Shown here one piece after another: positions 29,026-38,349 of a stretch of 64,000 nt of DNA. The DNA is from an uncultured bacterium (GTDB taxonomy: Bacteria; Patescibacteriota; Microgenomatia; Levybacterales; UBA12049). The notes beneath the pieces were generated by a model. It saw nothing but the letters and a program-made list of their open reading frames with translations. It did not search any database and had not been told where the DNA came from. The stretch is from positions 728,581 through 792,580 of the forward strand of contig CAWGXL010000011.1 in the NCBI GenBank assembly GCA_963826535.1, read 5' to 3'. The position numbers and the translations under genes were made by a program. Numbering within the stretch: the first letter of the stretch is position 1; every line of letters starts with the position of its first letter.

Positions 29026-29847
29026 ATGGAAATTTTAAATTGGATTATTTTGTCTATTGTTGAGGGGGTGACTGAATTTCTGCCTGTATCTTCGACTGGT
29101 CATATGATTCTTGCTGCGGATATATTGGGAATTCCGGAGAGCGAATTTCTGAAAAGTTTTGAGGTTATAATCCAATCAGGCGCAATTCTGGCGGTTGTGT
29201 CACTTTATTTTAAAGTAATGCTCACAAAACGGGTTATATTGGTAAAATTACTCGTAGCGTTTATTCCAACAGGGATTGTGGGGTTGGTTTTTTACGGATT
29301 TATAAAAAATTCCCTATTGGGTAATACGGAAGTTGTTTTGTGGTCTTTGTTCATTGGCGGGATGTTTCTGATTTTTTGGGAAAGATATTATCAAAAGAAA
29401 CAAATCCCCCCAGCCCCCTTTAATAAAGGGGGTGTCCGAAGGACGGGGGATCTCGTGGTGGGTAAAATTGAAGATATAAGTTATAAAAAAGCTTTTATGA
29501 TTGGTATATTTCAATCAGTCGCAGTCATCCCGGGCGTATCAAGAGCAGCAGCGACAATTGTGGGGGGGATGACTGCGGGGTTGGATCGCCGCGCGGCGGT
29601 TGAATTTTCATTTCTTCTGGCAGTGCCGACGATGGCTGCCGCAACGGGTCTGGATTTGGTTAAGAGTAATTTTGCATTTAGTGGTAATGAGTGGGGGATA
29701 TTGATCTTCGGTTTTGTAGGAGCATTTATTACGGCAATGTTTAGTATGAGGTATTTTTTGCGTTTTGTGGAGCATCATACGTTTATTCCGTTTGGGATTT
29801 ATCGTATCGCACTTGCTTTGCTATTCTGGGTTTTGATTATTTACTAA
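29026..29847 (+). CDS. uppP: undecaprenyl-diphosphatase
   Basis: VEGVTEFLPVSSTGHMIL signature. Contains the in-frame palindromic insert at 29401-29453. Confidence 0.85.
   Translation: MEILNWIILSIVEGVTEFLPVSSTGHMILAADILGIPESEFLKSFEVIIQSGAILAVVSLYFKVMLTKRVILVKLLVAFIPTGIVGLVFYGFIKNSLLGNTEVVLWSLFIGGMFLIFWERYYQKKQIPPAPFNKGGVRRTGDLVVGKIEDISYKKAFMIGIFQSVAVIPGVSRAAATIVGGMTAGLDRRAAVEFSFLLAVPTMAAATGLDLVKSNFAFSGNEWGILIFGFVGAFITAMFSMRYFLRFVEHHTFIPFGIYRIALALLFWVLIIY
29401..29453. repeat. GC-rich nested-palindrome mini-element, in frame inside uppP
   Basis: CAAATCCCCCCAGCCCCCTTTAATAAAGGGGGTGTCCGAAGGACGGGGGATCT. Encodes QIPPAPFNKGGVRRTGDL. Confidence 0.75.
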
Positions 29848-29863
29848 GTTAGTAGTAGTGTTT

Positions 29864-30409
29864 TTAACAACCGGGGGCAAGGGGGTTTAGTTTGACTCCC
29901 AGTCCGCGCAGGCTTTCTGAGGTTTGAGTATTCATGTAAAACACAATCGGTAAATTACATATTCCGTTCTGGCTTAATTTTTTGCTTTTGAACCATGTAA
30001 CTGCCGCATCTTTGGCGCTTTCGATACTAACTGTTATGATCTCAACCTGAAAAGTATCAGGAACAGGGTAATAACTGATACTGATATCTTCTGTTTTGTA
30101 TATTGGATTGGTACCCGCAATAAGTGTCTTTTTTATTGCCTGATCGGAAACTGACAGAGGTTTTCTATTTGCCAATATGTCATTTAATTTCTGTCTGCTG
30201 GTTTCCTCATAGGTTATCGGAGGCTCGGCTGTCTTTGTTACGGGTGGCTTTACCTGCGTCTTTTTATCATCTGAGGATTTTTTTAAGGCAAATGCTACGA
30301 TCAGGAGAACTACCACAACTACAACAATTAATATGATGATCAAATTTTTTTTCTTTAGCATAAGATTGGTTTTCATATAATTATATAATTTTATTAACGT
30401 TGTTTGCAA
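29864..30409 (-). CDS. hypothetical membrane-anchored extracytoplasmic protein
   Basis: N-terminal TM IIILIVVVVVVLLIVAFAL. Same strand as, and downstream of, the Cys-rich secreted proteins. Confidence 0.4.
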   Translation of the reverse strand: MQTTLIKLYNYMKTNLMLKKKNLIIILIVVVVVVLLIVAFALKKSSDDKKTQVKPPVTKTAEPPITYEETSRQKLNDILANRKPLSVSDQAIKKTLIAGTNPIYKTEDISISYYPVPDTFQVEIITVSIESAKDAAVTWFKSKKLSQNGICNLPIVFYMNTQTSESLRGLGVKLNPLAPGC

Positions 30410-31404
30410 AAGCCATTGATGCAGTCCCGAGTTGGTTCATTACAATCTTTTTTTACATCACATCTAATTGGTTCTATGCATCTGCCACGTATACCAGATA
30501 TGTCACCATAAATCTGGCATCTTTGATTTCCGGGACAACCTCTATCATGGCCACATCCACGCGGGGTGCCGCTGCTACAGTATGGCAGCATATAAGGATT
30601 TTGTATACAGGATGCATTGGAGCAGTAAACGGGGAGGCCAGCAGTGGCTTCGTAGTAACAAGCGACGCAGCCTTCATCTGACTGGCCGTCTCCGTTATTA
30701 TCAATATAATCACCGCAGATTTCTGTTGCTGCTGGTGGGGGAGGGTTTGCTGGAGGGTTGACTGGTGGGTTTGCCGGAGGAATGACTATGGGTGGCGGGG
30801 CTGCCGGAGGAAAGATGCAAGCAAAACCACCGTTATCTCTTGGTCCGGATGTATCCATACCAGGCGGACATGGTACTCCTGGGGCTGTGCCGCAAATCAA
30901 TGCTACCGTGCTATTTCCTAGCAATTGTTCAGTACCAGCCGGACATTGTCCCGGAACCGGAGGAGGTCCTGCCGGTGGTGCTGCAGGAGGTGCTGCAGGA
31001 GGTGCACCCGGAACCTGACAGACACCTGCATCGGGACAAATCAAAACGCCGGGGGCGCCGCAATCGGCATCGGTTATACATGGAGGCGGTGCTTCGCCAT
31101 CTACCTCACTATTGTCCTGATAGGTTGCGCAACCGGGGTCTTTGGGGAGGCCTGCCGCTCCAGCGAAGTCAGCCGTGCCATCCTGATCATTGTCCGCTCC
31201 ATCGGCGCATTGACGAGCGGCGCATTGAGGTCCGGCAGGAGGCTGCGGACTTTGCGCGAAAGCTTTATTATTATCATGTGGATGCAGGAGAGCAAATAAG
31301 CCTCCAAGCATTAATAAAGGGATTATTAAAAGAAATACTTTCTTAGGAAATTTTAGGATGAGATAATTAGTTTCTTTTTGATTTAGCTTAAGATTTTTTT
31401 TCAT
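30394..31404 (-). CDS. secreted Cys-rich, Pro/Ala-rich protein with DxDxDG-type putative Ca-binding Cys motifs
   Basis: N-terminal anchor KFPKKVFLLIIPLLMLGGLFA. Motifs CADGADNDQDGTAD and EICGDYIDNNGDGQSDEGC. PPAAPPAAPPAGPPP linker. High local GC. Confidence 0.5.
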   Translation of the reverse strand: MKKNLKLNQKETNYLILKFPKKVFLLIIPLLMLGGLFALLHPHDNNKAFAQSPQPPAGPQCAARQCADGADNDQDGTADFAGAAGLPKDPGCATYQDNSEVDGEAPPPCITDADCGAPGVLICPDAGVCQVPGAPPAAPPAAPPAGPPPVPGQCPAGTEQLLGNSTVALICGTAPGVPCPPGMDTSGPRDNGGFACIFPPAAPPPIVIPPANPPVNPPANPPPPAATEICGDYIDNNGDGQSDEGCVACYYEATAGLPVYCSNASCIQNPYMLPYCSSGTPRGCGHDRGCPGNQRCQIYGDISGIRGRCIEPIRCDVKKDCNEPTRDCINGFCKQR

Positions 31405-31422
31405 ATTATTAAATTATTTTAC

Positions 31423-33333
31423 TCAAGGTGTAACACCGCATATAGTTTCTCCTTCATCTACAACGCACACTCCTGGGCCCGGTAGAACTGGACCGCCCCC
31501 CGCCGGCGCATAGGGTCCCGTGTGTCCGCTTTGGGTGTTATGGGAAGAGTACCATTTTCTAGTATGACGACCGAGCGGGCCGGTGACGATCTCATCGTCG
31601 AAGTGGTACGGGTTGTTCGCACGATACCACCGGCGCGTGTGGCGTCCTTGGGGGCCATCGATGATCTCATCTTCTACAAATCCAGGATTGTTATTCTCGT
31701 ACCAAATACGCGTGTGGCGTCCTTGGGGGCCATCGATATATTGTGGCGCTTCCCAATTCGTGGCACCTCGGTCACCCGGTGCTCTGAGAGGTATGTGGCT
31801 AAGCTCAGGCCAAGCGCAGTTTTCATTTACTTGAGCATTGCCATTATTATCAATACCATCACCGCAGATTTCTACTAGAGGCGCATTCTGAGGTTTTTGA
31901 CAGGTACCATTGGTACAAGTTAATTGGGAGTCGCAGCATCCTGCTTCAGGTGTGCAAGCCGCTAGCGCTTGTGCGCATGCTGCAGCAGGGGGGTTTGCCG
32001 GGGGCGGATTTGCCGGATCTACCGGAGGCGGGGCGGCTGCGCCGGCTGACTCAGTATCGTCCAGAAGGTCTGTACAGTCCGTGTCAGCGGGGAGACCTTG
32101 CGCTCCAACGGCGTCTGCCGTGCCATCGATGTCATTGTCCATGCCATCGGCGCATTGGCGCGGGGAGCAGAGACCAGGCGGGGGATTTACACAAACAAGG
32201 GTAACATCATCGCATTTTAGCGGGGGGCTACAAGGCTTAGTTCCGCCACAAGTTTCACCTATTGTAGTTGGAGCTGTGACGGTGAACTCGACTGTATTAC
32301 TTTGTTTACTCCAGTTGCCTACGCCGACCGCATCCCGATACATGCTAAATGCTTTATATACACCGGTTTTATCATCTACCTGAATAGTAAGCTCGGCTAC
32401 CACGGCTATTTCTTTTCCCGGTGCCACTGTCGTCGCGCCTATTTCGGGAGTAAGAGTAAAAGCTACAATGGTATCGATGGGATCCGGATCTTTGGCATCG
32501 ATCACTATTTTTTTGACGCTAAAATCTGTAGTACAGGGATTTTTGTAAGTAATAGTACCTTTGACTTTTTCGCCCGGGACAACATTTGTTTTATCAAGGT
32601 CAAGCGGTACTAAGACAGTTAATCCTGTACAGGCAGGTACAGGCGAAGCCGCAGGCTGACAAACATCATTGACACATTGCTGGTTAGGGGCGCAAAACTT
32701 AGGAGGGTCGCCGCAGAGAACTGCAGATTTACAAGTCCCGTCAGTGTCACATGTCTCATCTGCGCCACAATCGTTGGAGGTTGTACATGTTGCAGGTGTA
32801 GTTGCCGGAGAAGCGCCTGTTGAAGTTCTGGTTGCTGCAGATAATCGGCAACTTCTATTGACACATGTCAAGCCAGTTGCACAGTCACCTGTGTTTGAAC
32901 ATACTTGTCCGACCGTTTTAACATCAAGGATGGGAGTACCCTTGCATGCACCGAGTGCCATACAATAGAATTGGGGGGATTGGTTTACGTCGTTGAAGAT
33001 TTCTTCAGCGCCCCAGGTGCAGCGGACGGGGGTGTTTTGTGTACCCGCAACTTTACTTTGACAGGCGGTCTTTGCTTCATCACGAGTCAAATTGTCTATC
33101 GCCTCTACTTGGGCTCCATCGATAGTTGCAACATATTTTGCTTTGGCAGTGTTGTCAGTTTGTGCAAAGGTACTTATATTTTCAGGTGATTGCATAAAAG
33201 CAAACAGGCCTGCAAGCATTAATAAAGGTAGAATCAGGAGAAAACCAATCTTGGGAAATTTAATACTGAAATACGCAGGATCTTTTTTCTTATCAACAAC
33301 AGATACAGATTGGGCAGTTTCGTTTTGAGTCAT
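31423..33333 (-). CDS. large secreted Cys-rich protein, paralogous at both termini to the previous one
   Basis: N-terminal anchor KFPKIGFLLILPLLMLAGLFA. Motifs CADGMDNDIDGTAD and EICGDGIDNNGNAQVNENC. Three C-terminal repeats of about 25 aa, GP(Q/L)GRHTR-WY. Confidence 0.5.
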   Translation of the reverse strand: MTQNETAQSVSVVDKKKDPAYFSIKFPKIGFLLILPLLMLAGLFAFMQSPENISTFAQTDNTAKAKYVATIDGAQVEAIDNLTRDEAKTACQSKVAGTQNTPVRCTWGAEEIFNDVNQSPQFYCMALGACKGTPILDVKTVGQVCSNTGDCATGLTCVNRSCRLSAATRTSTGASPATTPATCTTSNDCGADETCDTDGTCKSAVLCGDPPKFCAPNQQCVNDVCQPAASPVPACTGLTVLVPLDLDKTNVVPGEKVKGTITYKNPCTTDFSVKKIVIDAKDPDPIDTIVAFTLTPEIGATTVAPGKEIAVVAELTIQVDDKTGVYKAFSMYRDAVGVGNWSKQSNTVEFTVTAPTTIGETCGGTKPCSPPLKCDDVTLVCVNPPPGLCSPRQCADGMDNDIDGTADAVGAQGLPADTDCTDLLDDTESAGAAAPPPVDPANPPPANPPAAACAQALAACTPEAGCCDSQLTCTNGTCQKPQNAPLVEICGDGIDNNGNAQVNENCAWPELSHIPLRAPGDRGATNWEAPQYIDGPQGRHTRIWYENNNPGFVEDEIIDGPQGRHTRRWYRANNPYHFDDEIVTGPLGRHTRKWYSSHNTQSGHTGPYAPAGGGPVLPGPGVCVVDEGETICGVTP

Positions 33334-33417
33334 AAATACTCCACTGTTTTAAATATAATAGAGTTGTGAAACGTATGTCAAGGGACATTTTGATTTTGCA
33401 GTTTGGCGGAGATGATT

Positions 33418-33498
33418 TATACCCTTGCGGGCATTATATGTTATTTTTTAATTAGATAACGGAATATATACCCAAGCGGGTATTATATGTTATTTGAT
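33418..33498 (+). promoter_or_regulatory. two direct repeats of about 31 nt, TATACCC(TT/AA)GCGGG(C/T)ATTATATGTTATTT, each with an internal ATACCC-N4-GGGTAT palindrome, upstream of the PfkB kinase gene
   Basis: Copies at 33418-33449 and 33467-33498, spaced 49 nt apart. Confidence 0.5.
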
Positions 33499-33529
33499 AA
33501 TTTGAAAATGGGGTATATAATAGAAGGAT

Positions 33530-34591
33530 ATGGCGCATAAATTCGATGTGCTTTGTATTGGGAAAACTACAATTGATCAATTTTTAATTCTCAGCCAATC
33601 TACTTTAAAGTATCATTTGGATCCGAAAACCGGTTTTCTATCTTTTCGGCATGGTGAAAAAATTGATGTGGACGAATTCGAATTTTGTATGGGAGGGAAC
33701 GCAACCAATGTTGCTGTTGGTTTATCGCGTCTGGGGCTTTCGGTGGCGTTGTGTTCTGAGATCGGAGATGATGAATTTGGTTTCAAAGTCCGCCGTGAAC
33801 TTGCAAAGGAGAATATAGACAAATCACATATGATCTACGCAAAAAACGCGCCGTCATCATTCTCGGTTATTATAAATTTTAAGGGAGAGAGAACTATTTT
33901 TAAGCAAAAAATGCAGAGGAAACATGATTTCCGATTTGGTGATATTTCACCACGTTATGTGTTTTTGACAAGTCTTGAGAAGGAATGGCGAAAACCATAT
34001 CTTCAGGTCCTTTCGCTTCTGGTTAAAAGAAGCTGCAAATTAGCTTTTAATCCGGGAACGTTGCAACTGCACGACGGGCGGGATATTGTTATACAAATAC
34101 TTGAACACACAGATATATTGTTTGTGAATAAGGAGGAAGCGGAAGAAATGGCTTGGGGACATGAGAGGCGGAAACGTGAAAACTCGCTAAAATATGTACG
34201 CGAACTGCTTGTTAGACTGCAAAAGATGGGTGCAAAAACCGCAGTAATCACAAACGGGAGATATGGATCGCACGCGATTGATGAATACGGGAATTTTTAT
34301 CACGAGGGACTCATCCCGGGTGAAGTAGTGGAGCGAACCGGGGCAGGGGACGGGTATACTTCGGGCTTTTTGGCTGCAACGATGTTGAATAGGCCTATGA
34401 AAGAGGCTATGAAGTGGGGAGCGGTGAATGCGGCTTCGGTGGTAGGAAAGATAGGCGCAGAAGCAGGGCTTTTGAAGAAAAATGCATTGGAAAAGAAAGA
34501 GAGGGAATCAGAAACGACTTTTGAGGTTCCCCACCGTCTTTTTCATCCGGTTTTGGAATACGCAATAGGAAAATTTAAACATAAACATTAG
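33530..34591 (+). CDS. PfkB-family carbohydrate/nucleoside kinase
   Basis: GG motif GGNATNVAVGLSRLG and C-terminal GAGDGYTSGFLAA. Confidence 0.75.
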   Translation: MAHKFDVLCIGKTTIDQFLILSQSTLKYHLDPKTGFLSFRHGEKIDVDEFEFCMGGNATNVAVGLSRLGLSVALCSEIGDDEFGFKVRRELAKENIDKSHMIYAKNAPSSFSVIINFKGERTIFKQKMQRKHDFRFGDISPRYVFLTSLEKEWRKPYLQVLSLLVKRSCKLAFNPGTLQLHDGRDIVIQILEHTDILFVNKEEAEEMAWGHERRKRENSLKYVRELLVRLQKMGAKTAVITNGRYGSHAIDEYGNFYHEGLIPGEVVERTGAGDGYTSGFLAATMLNRPMKEAMKWGAVNAASVVGKIGAEAGLLKKNALEKKERESETTFEVPHRLFHPVLEYAIGKFKHKH

Positions 34592-35370
34592 TTTGTATCG
34601 GCTGCAGGGGAAGAGGTTTCAGTAGTTGGAGCGGGACTTAAAGAAGGGGTGATTGAGAGTGATGGTTCAGGTGTGATGCTTAAGGTTGCCGAAATTGATG
34701 CTTCAGCTGTTACTTTGGTTACTTCGGGGGACTCACATATGATCGCTTTTTCAGATGCGGAATCTACAATATAGAGATCTATAAGTGCATGGGTTTTTAC
34801 AGTTTCCTGCTCGTTAGATGGAAGATATTTTATATTAATGTGATTTACCTGCCCGTTTAAAGAATTTAGGCCGTCTATTTTTTTATTTTTGAATAGTTCT
34901 TCAACCTCAATTTTATATTCCAGTCCGATAACTTTGTTTTTGTAGACCATGTAGAAAGGTCCTTGGGGTTTGTCTTTGGGACTTACGTATAATTCTCCCT
35001 TATTGTTCATGCAATTTTGAATTTTGGCGGCATCTTTGGGGAGAGTAATTGCTTTCTGCGGGGGAGTTACGGATTGTGGTCCGGGTGTACTTTTTGGAAA
35101 GGTGGCGAATAAGAGGATGCCGCCAATAATTCCAATGATGAACATAATAAGCGCAGTCCATAGGAGTGTAAGTTTGGATCGGGTCGGTTTTGGCGGTGGA
35201 GGCGGTGATTGCGGAGGCGTTTTCGGTGGTTGAGAGGGTTGAGAAGGAGGTTGGTGGGTTGGAACTGACTGAATTGGATTTGGGAGTTGTGTGGGTTGAG
35301 GCGGTTGAGATTTAGGCGGCTGGATTTCATTCATACTATCATTATGAGAGGTGAGGGACAGTGTTGTCAA
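34588..35370 (-). CDS. Pro-rich single-TM membrane protein
   Basis: PPSQPSQPPKTPPQSPPPPPKP, then TM LLWTALIMFIIGIIGGILLFATF, then an extracytoplasmic domain. Confidence 0.4.
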   Translation of the reverse strand: MTTLSLTSHNDSMNEIQPPKSQPPQPTQLPNPIQSVPTHQPPSQPSQPPKTPPQSPPPPPKPTRSKLTLLWTALIMFIIGIIGGILLFATFPKSTPGPQSVTPPQKAITLPKDAAKIQNCMNNKGELYVSPKDKPQGPFYMVYKNKVIGLEYKIEVEELFKNKKIDGLNSLNGQVNHINIKYLPSNEQETVKTHALIDLYIVDSASEKAIICESPEVTKVTAEASISATLSITPEPSLSITPSLSPAPTTETSSPAADTN

Positions 35371-36646
35371 TATTAGTGGGTGGTATATAATAAAATATAT
35401 GTTGAAGCAAAATAATTTAATTTTTCCAGATTATCAAGGTAATTCGCTGGTCAATATTCCTCACTCAATCCTTTCTCATTTTAAAATAAAACCTAGTAAG
35501 CCTAGTTTGCCAAAGCAATTTTTGGGAAATATAAATGGCTGCTCGAAGATTGTATTGTTCACAATTGACGGGTTTGGATACAATTTATGGAATGAGGCGA
35601 TCAAATATCCTTTTTTTAAAAAAATAAACGATAAAAAACTTGTTAATCCGATTACTACTGTTTTCCCCTCGACGACTGCAGCGGCAATAACAACTCTAAA
35701 CAGCGGACTTACACCTATTGAACATGGGCTTCTGGAATGGAATTTGTATTTTCAGGAATTGGATCTAATCATGCAACCATTTCCATATAAAATGATTGAA
35801 ACTGAATTTCATACTCTGAATAATTCTATTCCTAATGATCCGGAGATGCTATTTAACGGAACCTCACTTGCGCAGATTTTAAAGCTAGGGGGTGTTTCAT
35901 CAATGGTTTTTCTTCCACAAGTTATTAAGAATTCTCCCTATAATCAAGCGTTTGGTAAAGATGTGACTATAATACCTTATTATTCTGTTGCGGATCTGAT
36001 AGTAATACTGCGGCAAAAACTTGAATCAAGTACCGCGAACGCATTTTTTTATGTGTATATATCATCTATTGATTCAACAGAACATCTTTTTGGTCCATCA
36101 TCTGAACAAGTTAAAACAGAGATGTCGATTTTGTCATATATCCTTGAGAAAGAATTTACCAATAAACTTGATAAAGAAACGAGAGAAAAAATAGCTATAA
36201 TGCTTACCGCGGATCATGGTCAGCTTGACGTTAATCCTAGCGGGACGATCTATCTTGATCAATATCCTGAACTCATAACTTATTTTAAGAAAAGCAGGGT
36301 TGGCAGACCTATTCTTCCTACAGGTAGCCCGCGGGATGTTTTTCTTAATATCGATGATGACAAGTTAGATAGTGCAATTTATTTTCTAAAATCAAAATTA
36401 AGAGAAAAAGCTGAGGTAGTTATAATTACCAAGGAGATTATTAAGGTTCTGTTTGGTCTTGATAAACCGCATCCGGAATTTTTCAATAGGTTGGGAAATG
36501 TGTTAATTCTTCCTAAGGGGAACAATACAGTATGGTATCACTTTCTGCCAGACGACAAGTTTATTTTCTTTGGGCATCATGGAGGTTTGTCTAAGGATGA
36601 AATGATAATTCCATTTGTTTCAACTAGATTATCAGAGTTAAATTAA
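35351..36646 (+). CDS. alkaline-phosphatase-superfamily metalloenzyme (phosphodiesterase / ApgM-like)
   Basis: FTIDGFGYNLW and LTADHGQ motifs typical of the AlkP core. The start is possibly internal. Confidence 0.55.
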   Translation: MRDSVVNISGWYIIKYMLKQNNLIFPDYQGNSLVNIPHSILSHFKIKPSKPSLPKQFLGNINGCSKIVLFTIDGFGYNLWNEAIKYPFFKKINDKKLVNPITTVFPSTTAAAITTLNSGLTPIEHGLLEWNLYFQELDLIMQPFPYKMIETEFHTLNNSIPNDPEMLFNGTSLAQILKLGGVSSMVFLPQVIKNSPYNQAFGKDVTIIPYYSVADLIVILRQKLESSTANAFFYVYISSIDSTEHLFGPSSEQVKTEMSILSYILEKEFTNKLDKETREKIAIMLTADHGQLDVNPSGTIYLDQYPELITYFKKSRVGRPILPTGSPRDVFLNIDDDKLDSAIYFLKSKLREKAEVVIITKEIIKVLFGLDKPHPEFFNRLGNVLILPKGNNTVWYHFLPDDKFIFFGHHGGLSKDEMIIPFVSTRLSELN

Positions 36647-36674
36647 TCTTTCCCGTAGCAAGCTGACGGAGTAT

Positions 36675-36840
36675 TGTCATTCCGAGCGACCAACGGGAGT
36701 CGAGGAATCTCATACTATAAAGTTAATCGGTGACATGAGATCCGCCACAAGGGCACTATCTCCACAAGGGACTACCTCTGCGGAGGGGCGCACTTCGTGG
36801 TGTCGCCTCCACCACGCTATCGCTTCGGTCGGGATGACAA
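36675..36840. mobile_element. MITE-like GC-rich element of about 165 bp, bounded by inverted repeats TGTCATTCCGAGCGA / TCGCTTCGGTCGGGATGACA
   Basis: Imperfect TIRs. The interior carries a CCACAAGGG(C)ACT direct repeat related to the 45-nt element and a CGTGGTG-N7-CACCACG hairpin. Its GC content is much higher than the AT-rich flanks. Intergenic. Confidence 0.45.
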
Positions 36841-36956
36841 ACTTATGCGCTGCAAGCAGCAAGGAATTAAGCCTTAATAAAGATTAAAAGATAAGCTATA
36901 AAAATTTTACAATTGTACATATTGACTATTATGTACAATTTGTCTAATATAAGAAT

Positions 36957-37208
36957 ATGAATTATTCTATTTCAGCCAGTAAATTAAAGAGTAAGGTTGC
37001 AGATGTTCTTAATGATGTGCATTATAAAAAAAATATTGCCATTATAGAACGCTATGGTAAACCTATTGCGAAGATTATTCCGATGGATATGTCTCATAAA
37101 AATATTTCTCATGTAAAAAAAGCATTAAATGATTACTTTGGAGTATTACCTGATTTTCCTGAAGTAACGAAAAAACGAGCTTCACGGAAGAAATCAATAT
37201 CTTTGTGA
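36957..37208 (+). CDS. Phd/YefM-type antitoxin
   Basis: 83 aa. Overlaps the downstream PIN-domain gene by 4 nt (ATGA). Confidence 0.5.
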   Translation: MNYSISASKLKSKVADVLNDVHYKKNIAIIERYGKPIAKIIPMDMSHKNISHVKKALNDYFGVLPDFPEVTKKRASRKKSISL

Positions 37209-37591
37209 AATATCTTCTTGATACCAATATAATTATTAATCATATACGTGGTAAAGAACGTATTAGTTCAGAAATCATTGAGCAGGGAGCTGCAATAAGT
37301 ATTATTACATTAGGGGAATTATATTACGGGGGATATAAATCAAAAAATCCAACCAGTTCGCTTAGGATCATCGCTCAACTTTTAGAGACATTAGGCATAC
37401 AAGTAGAGACTCTTAATAGAAATATCGTGGAAGAATTTGGAGAAATAAAAGCAGATCTTGAAAGGTTAGGGACAAGAATTGAAGATTTCGATTTACTTAT
37501 TGCTGCAACTGCAAAAACACAAAATTTCATTCTGATTTCAAAAAATATAAAACATTTTCACAGGATCGAAGGAATTAAGCTCTATAGGTAA
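37205..37591 (+). CDS. vapC: VapC PIN-domain toxin
   Basis: MKYLLDTNIIINHI N-terminus with the acidic PIN residues. 128 aa. Confidence 0.7.
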   Translation: MKYLLDTNIIINHIRGKERISSEIIEQGAAISIITLGELYYGGYKSKNPTSSLRIIAQLLETLGIQVETLNRNIVEEFGEIKADLERLGTRIEDFDLLIAATAKTQNFILISKNIKHFHRIEGIKLYR

Positions 37592-37719
37592 CTTCTATTT
37601 AATCAAAAGTAATTCTTACTCTCTGTTCCTGAAGGTTTCTAGCTTGTGGCTAAGTTATAAATTTACCGCAGCAAAATCTTGAAACGACTACCACGAATAC
37701 TTGTTTTTATGTGTATATA

Positions 37720-38250
37720 TCATCCATAAACCCCATGACGCGTCGGTGGCTGAACTGTCGAAACAAGTGCAACTTTTCTAATTTCTTTTCCTGCAACATG
37801 AAGAGGTTGGTCAGGTGAAAAACTTACCACACTACTAACTATTCCCTCTCGACCCCTTTCTTGTGTGATTTTTAAGTTATTATGTGTATTTAGGTGTAAA
37901 CCATCCCGCCATGCTCCTCCAACAAAATTAAAAATCAAAGTATACTTGCCCTTTTCACCATCAGGAGCGTTATCAGGAACCTTTCTAGGATAAACATCTA
38001 TTGCTACCGGATGGCTGTTTTTTCTGACAGAAGTACCTTTGGAATCTTTATTTCCCAGTGAAAAAGGGAGGCCTTCTAAATCTTCTCTTATTTGTTCAAG
38101 TGTTGCATCGGGTAACTTTTGAATTTCAAGCCCAGTAGCAGTTTGCGTATGAAATGTAGTTACTTTAAAAGTTTTAATTTTGAGGAAGTCACCACCGCCA
38201 ATTTGAACTTCGGGTAAGGGTTTGCCTGTTAGAGTTTCTGGTCTTCGCAT
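37720..38250 (-). CDS. hypothetical protein
   Basis: 176-aa ORF. No motif recognised. Confidence 0.35.
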   Translation of the reverse strand: MRRPETLTGKPLPEVQIGGGDFLKIKTFKVTTFHTQTATGLEIQKLPDATLEQIREDLEGLPFSLGNKDSKGTSVRKNSHPVAIDVYPRKVPDNAPDGEKGKYTLIFNFVGGAWRDGLHLNTHNNLKITQERGREGIVSSVVSFSPDQPLHVAGKEIRKVALVSTVQPPTRHGVYG

Positions 38251-38349
38251 AATTTTATAATACTCTATGGAAGGGTTTAAGTCAATGACACGGGCAAAAC
38301 GGATTTTTTGCTAAATTGTCTTTGAGTAGTATAGAATAATATTAGTGCT

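Noticed and set aside
30400-33330. Many overlapping plus-strand ORFs in the ORF track (e.g. 30758-31018, 30792-31346, 31910-32383)
   Set aside because: They lie antisense to the long GC-rich Cys/Pro-rich genes. High GC suppresses stop codons, and these ORFs have no start context or motifs. They are judged spurious.
36780-36812. tRNA- or tmRNA-like 3' end (TCGCCTCCACCACG resembles an acceptor end plus CCA)
   Set aside because: There is no T-loop GTTCGAATC-type sequence and no cloverleaf or tmRNA pseudoknot context. It is better explained as a hairpin inside the MITE-like element.
36840-36875. SRP RNA resemblance (GCAAGCAGCAAGG versus the AGCAGCCAAGG motif of SRP RNA domain IV)
   Set aside because: The GGAA tetraloop and the opposing helix-8 strand are missing.
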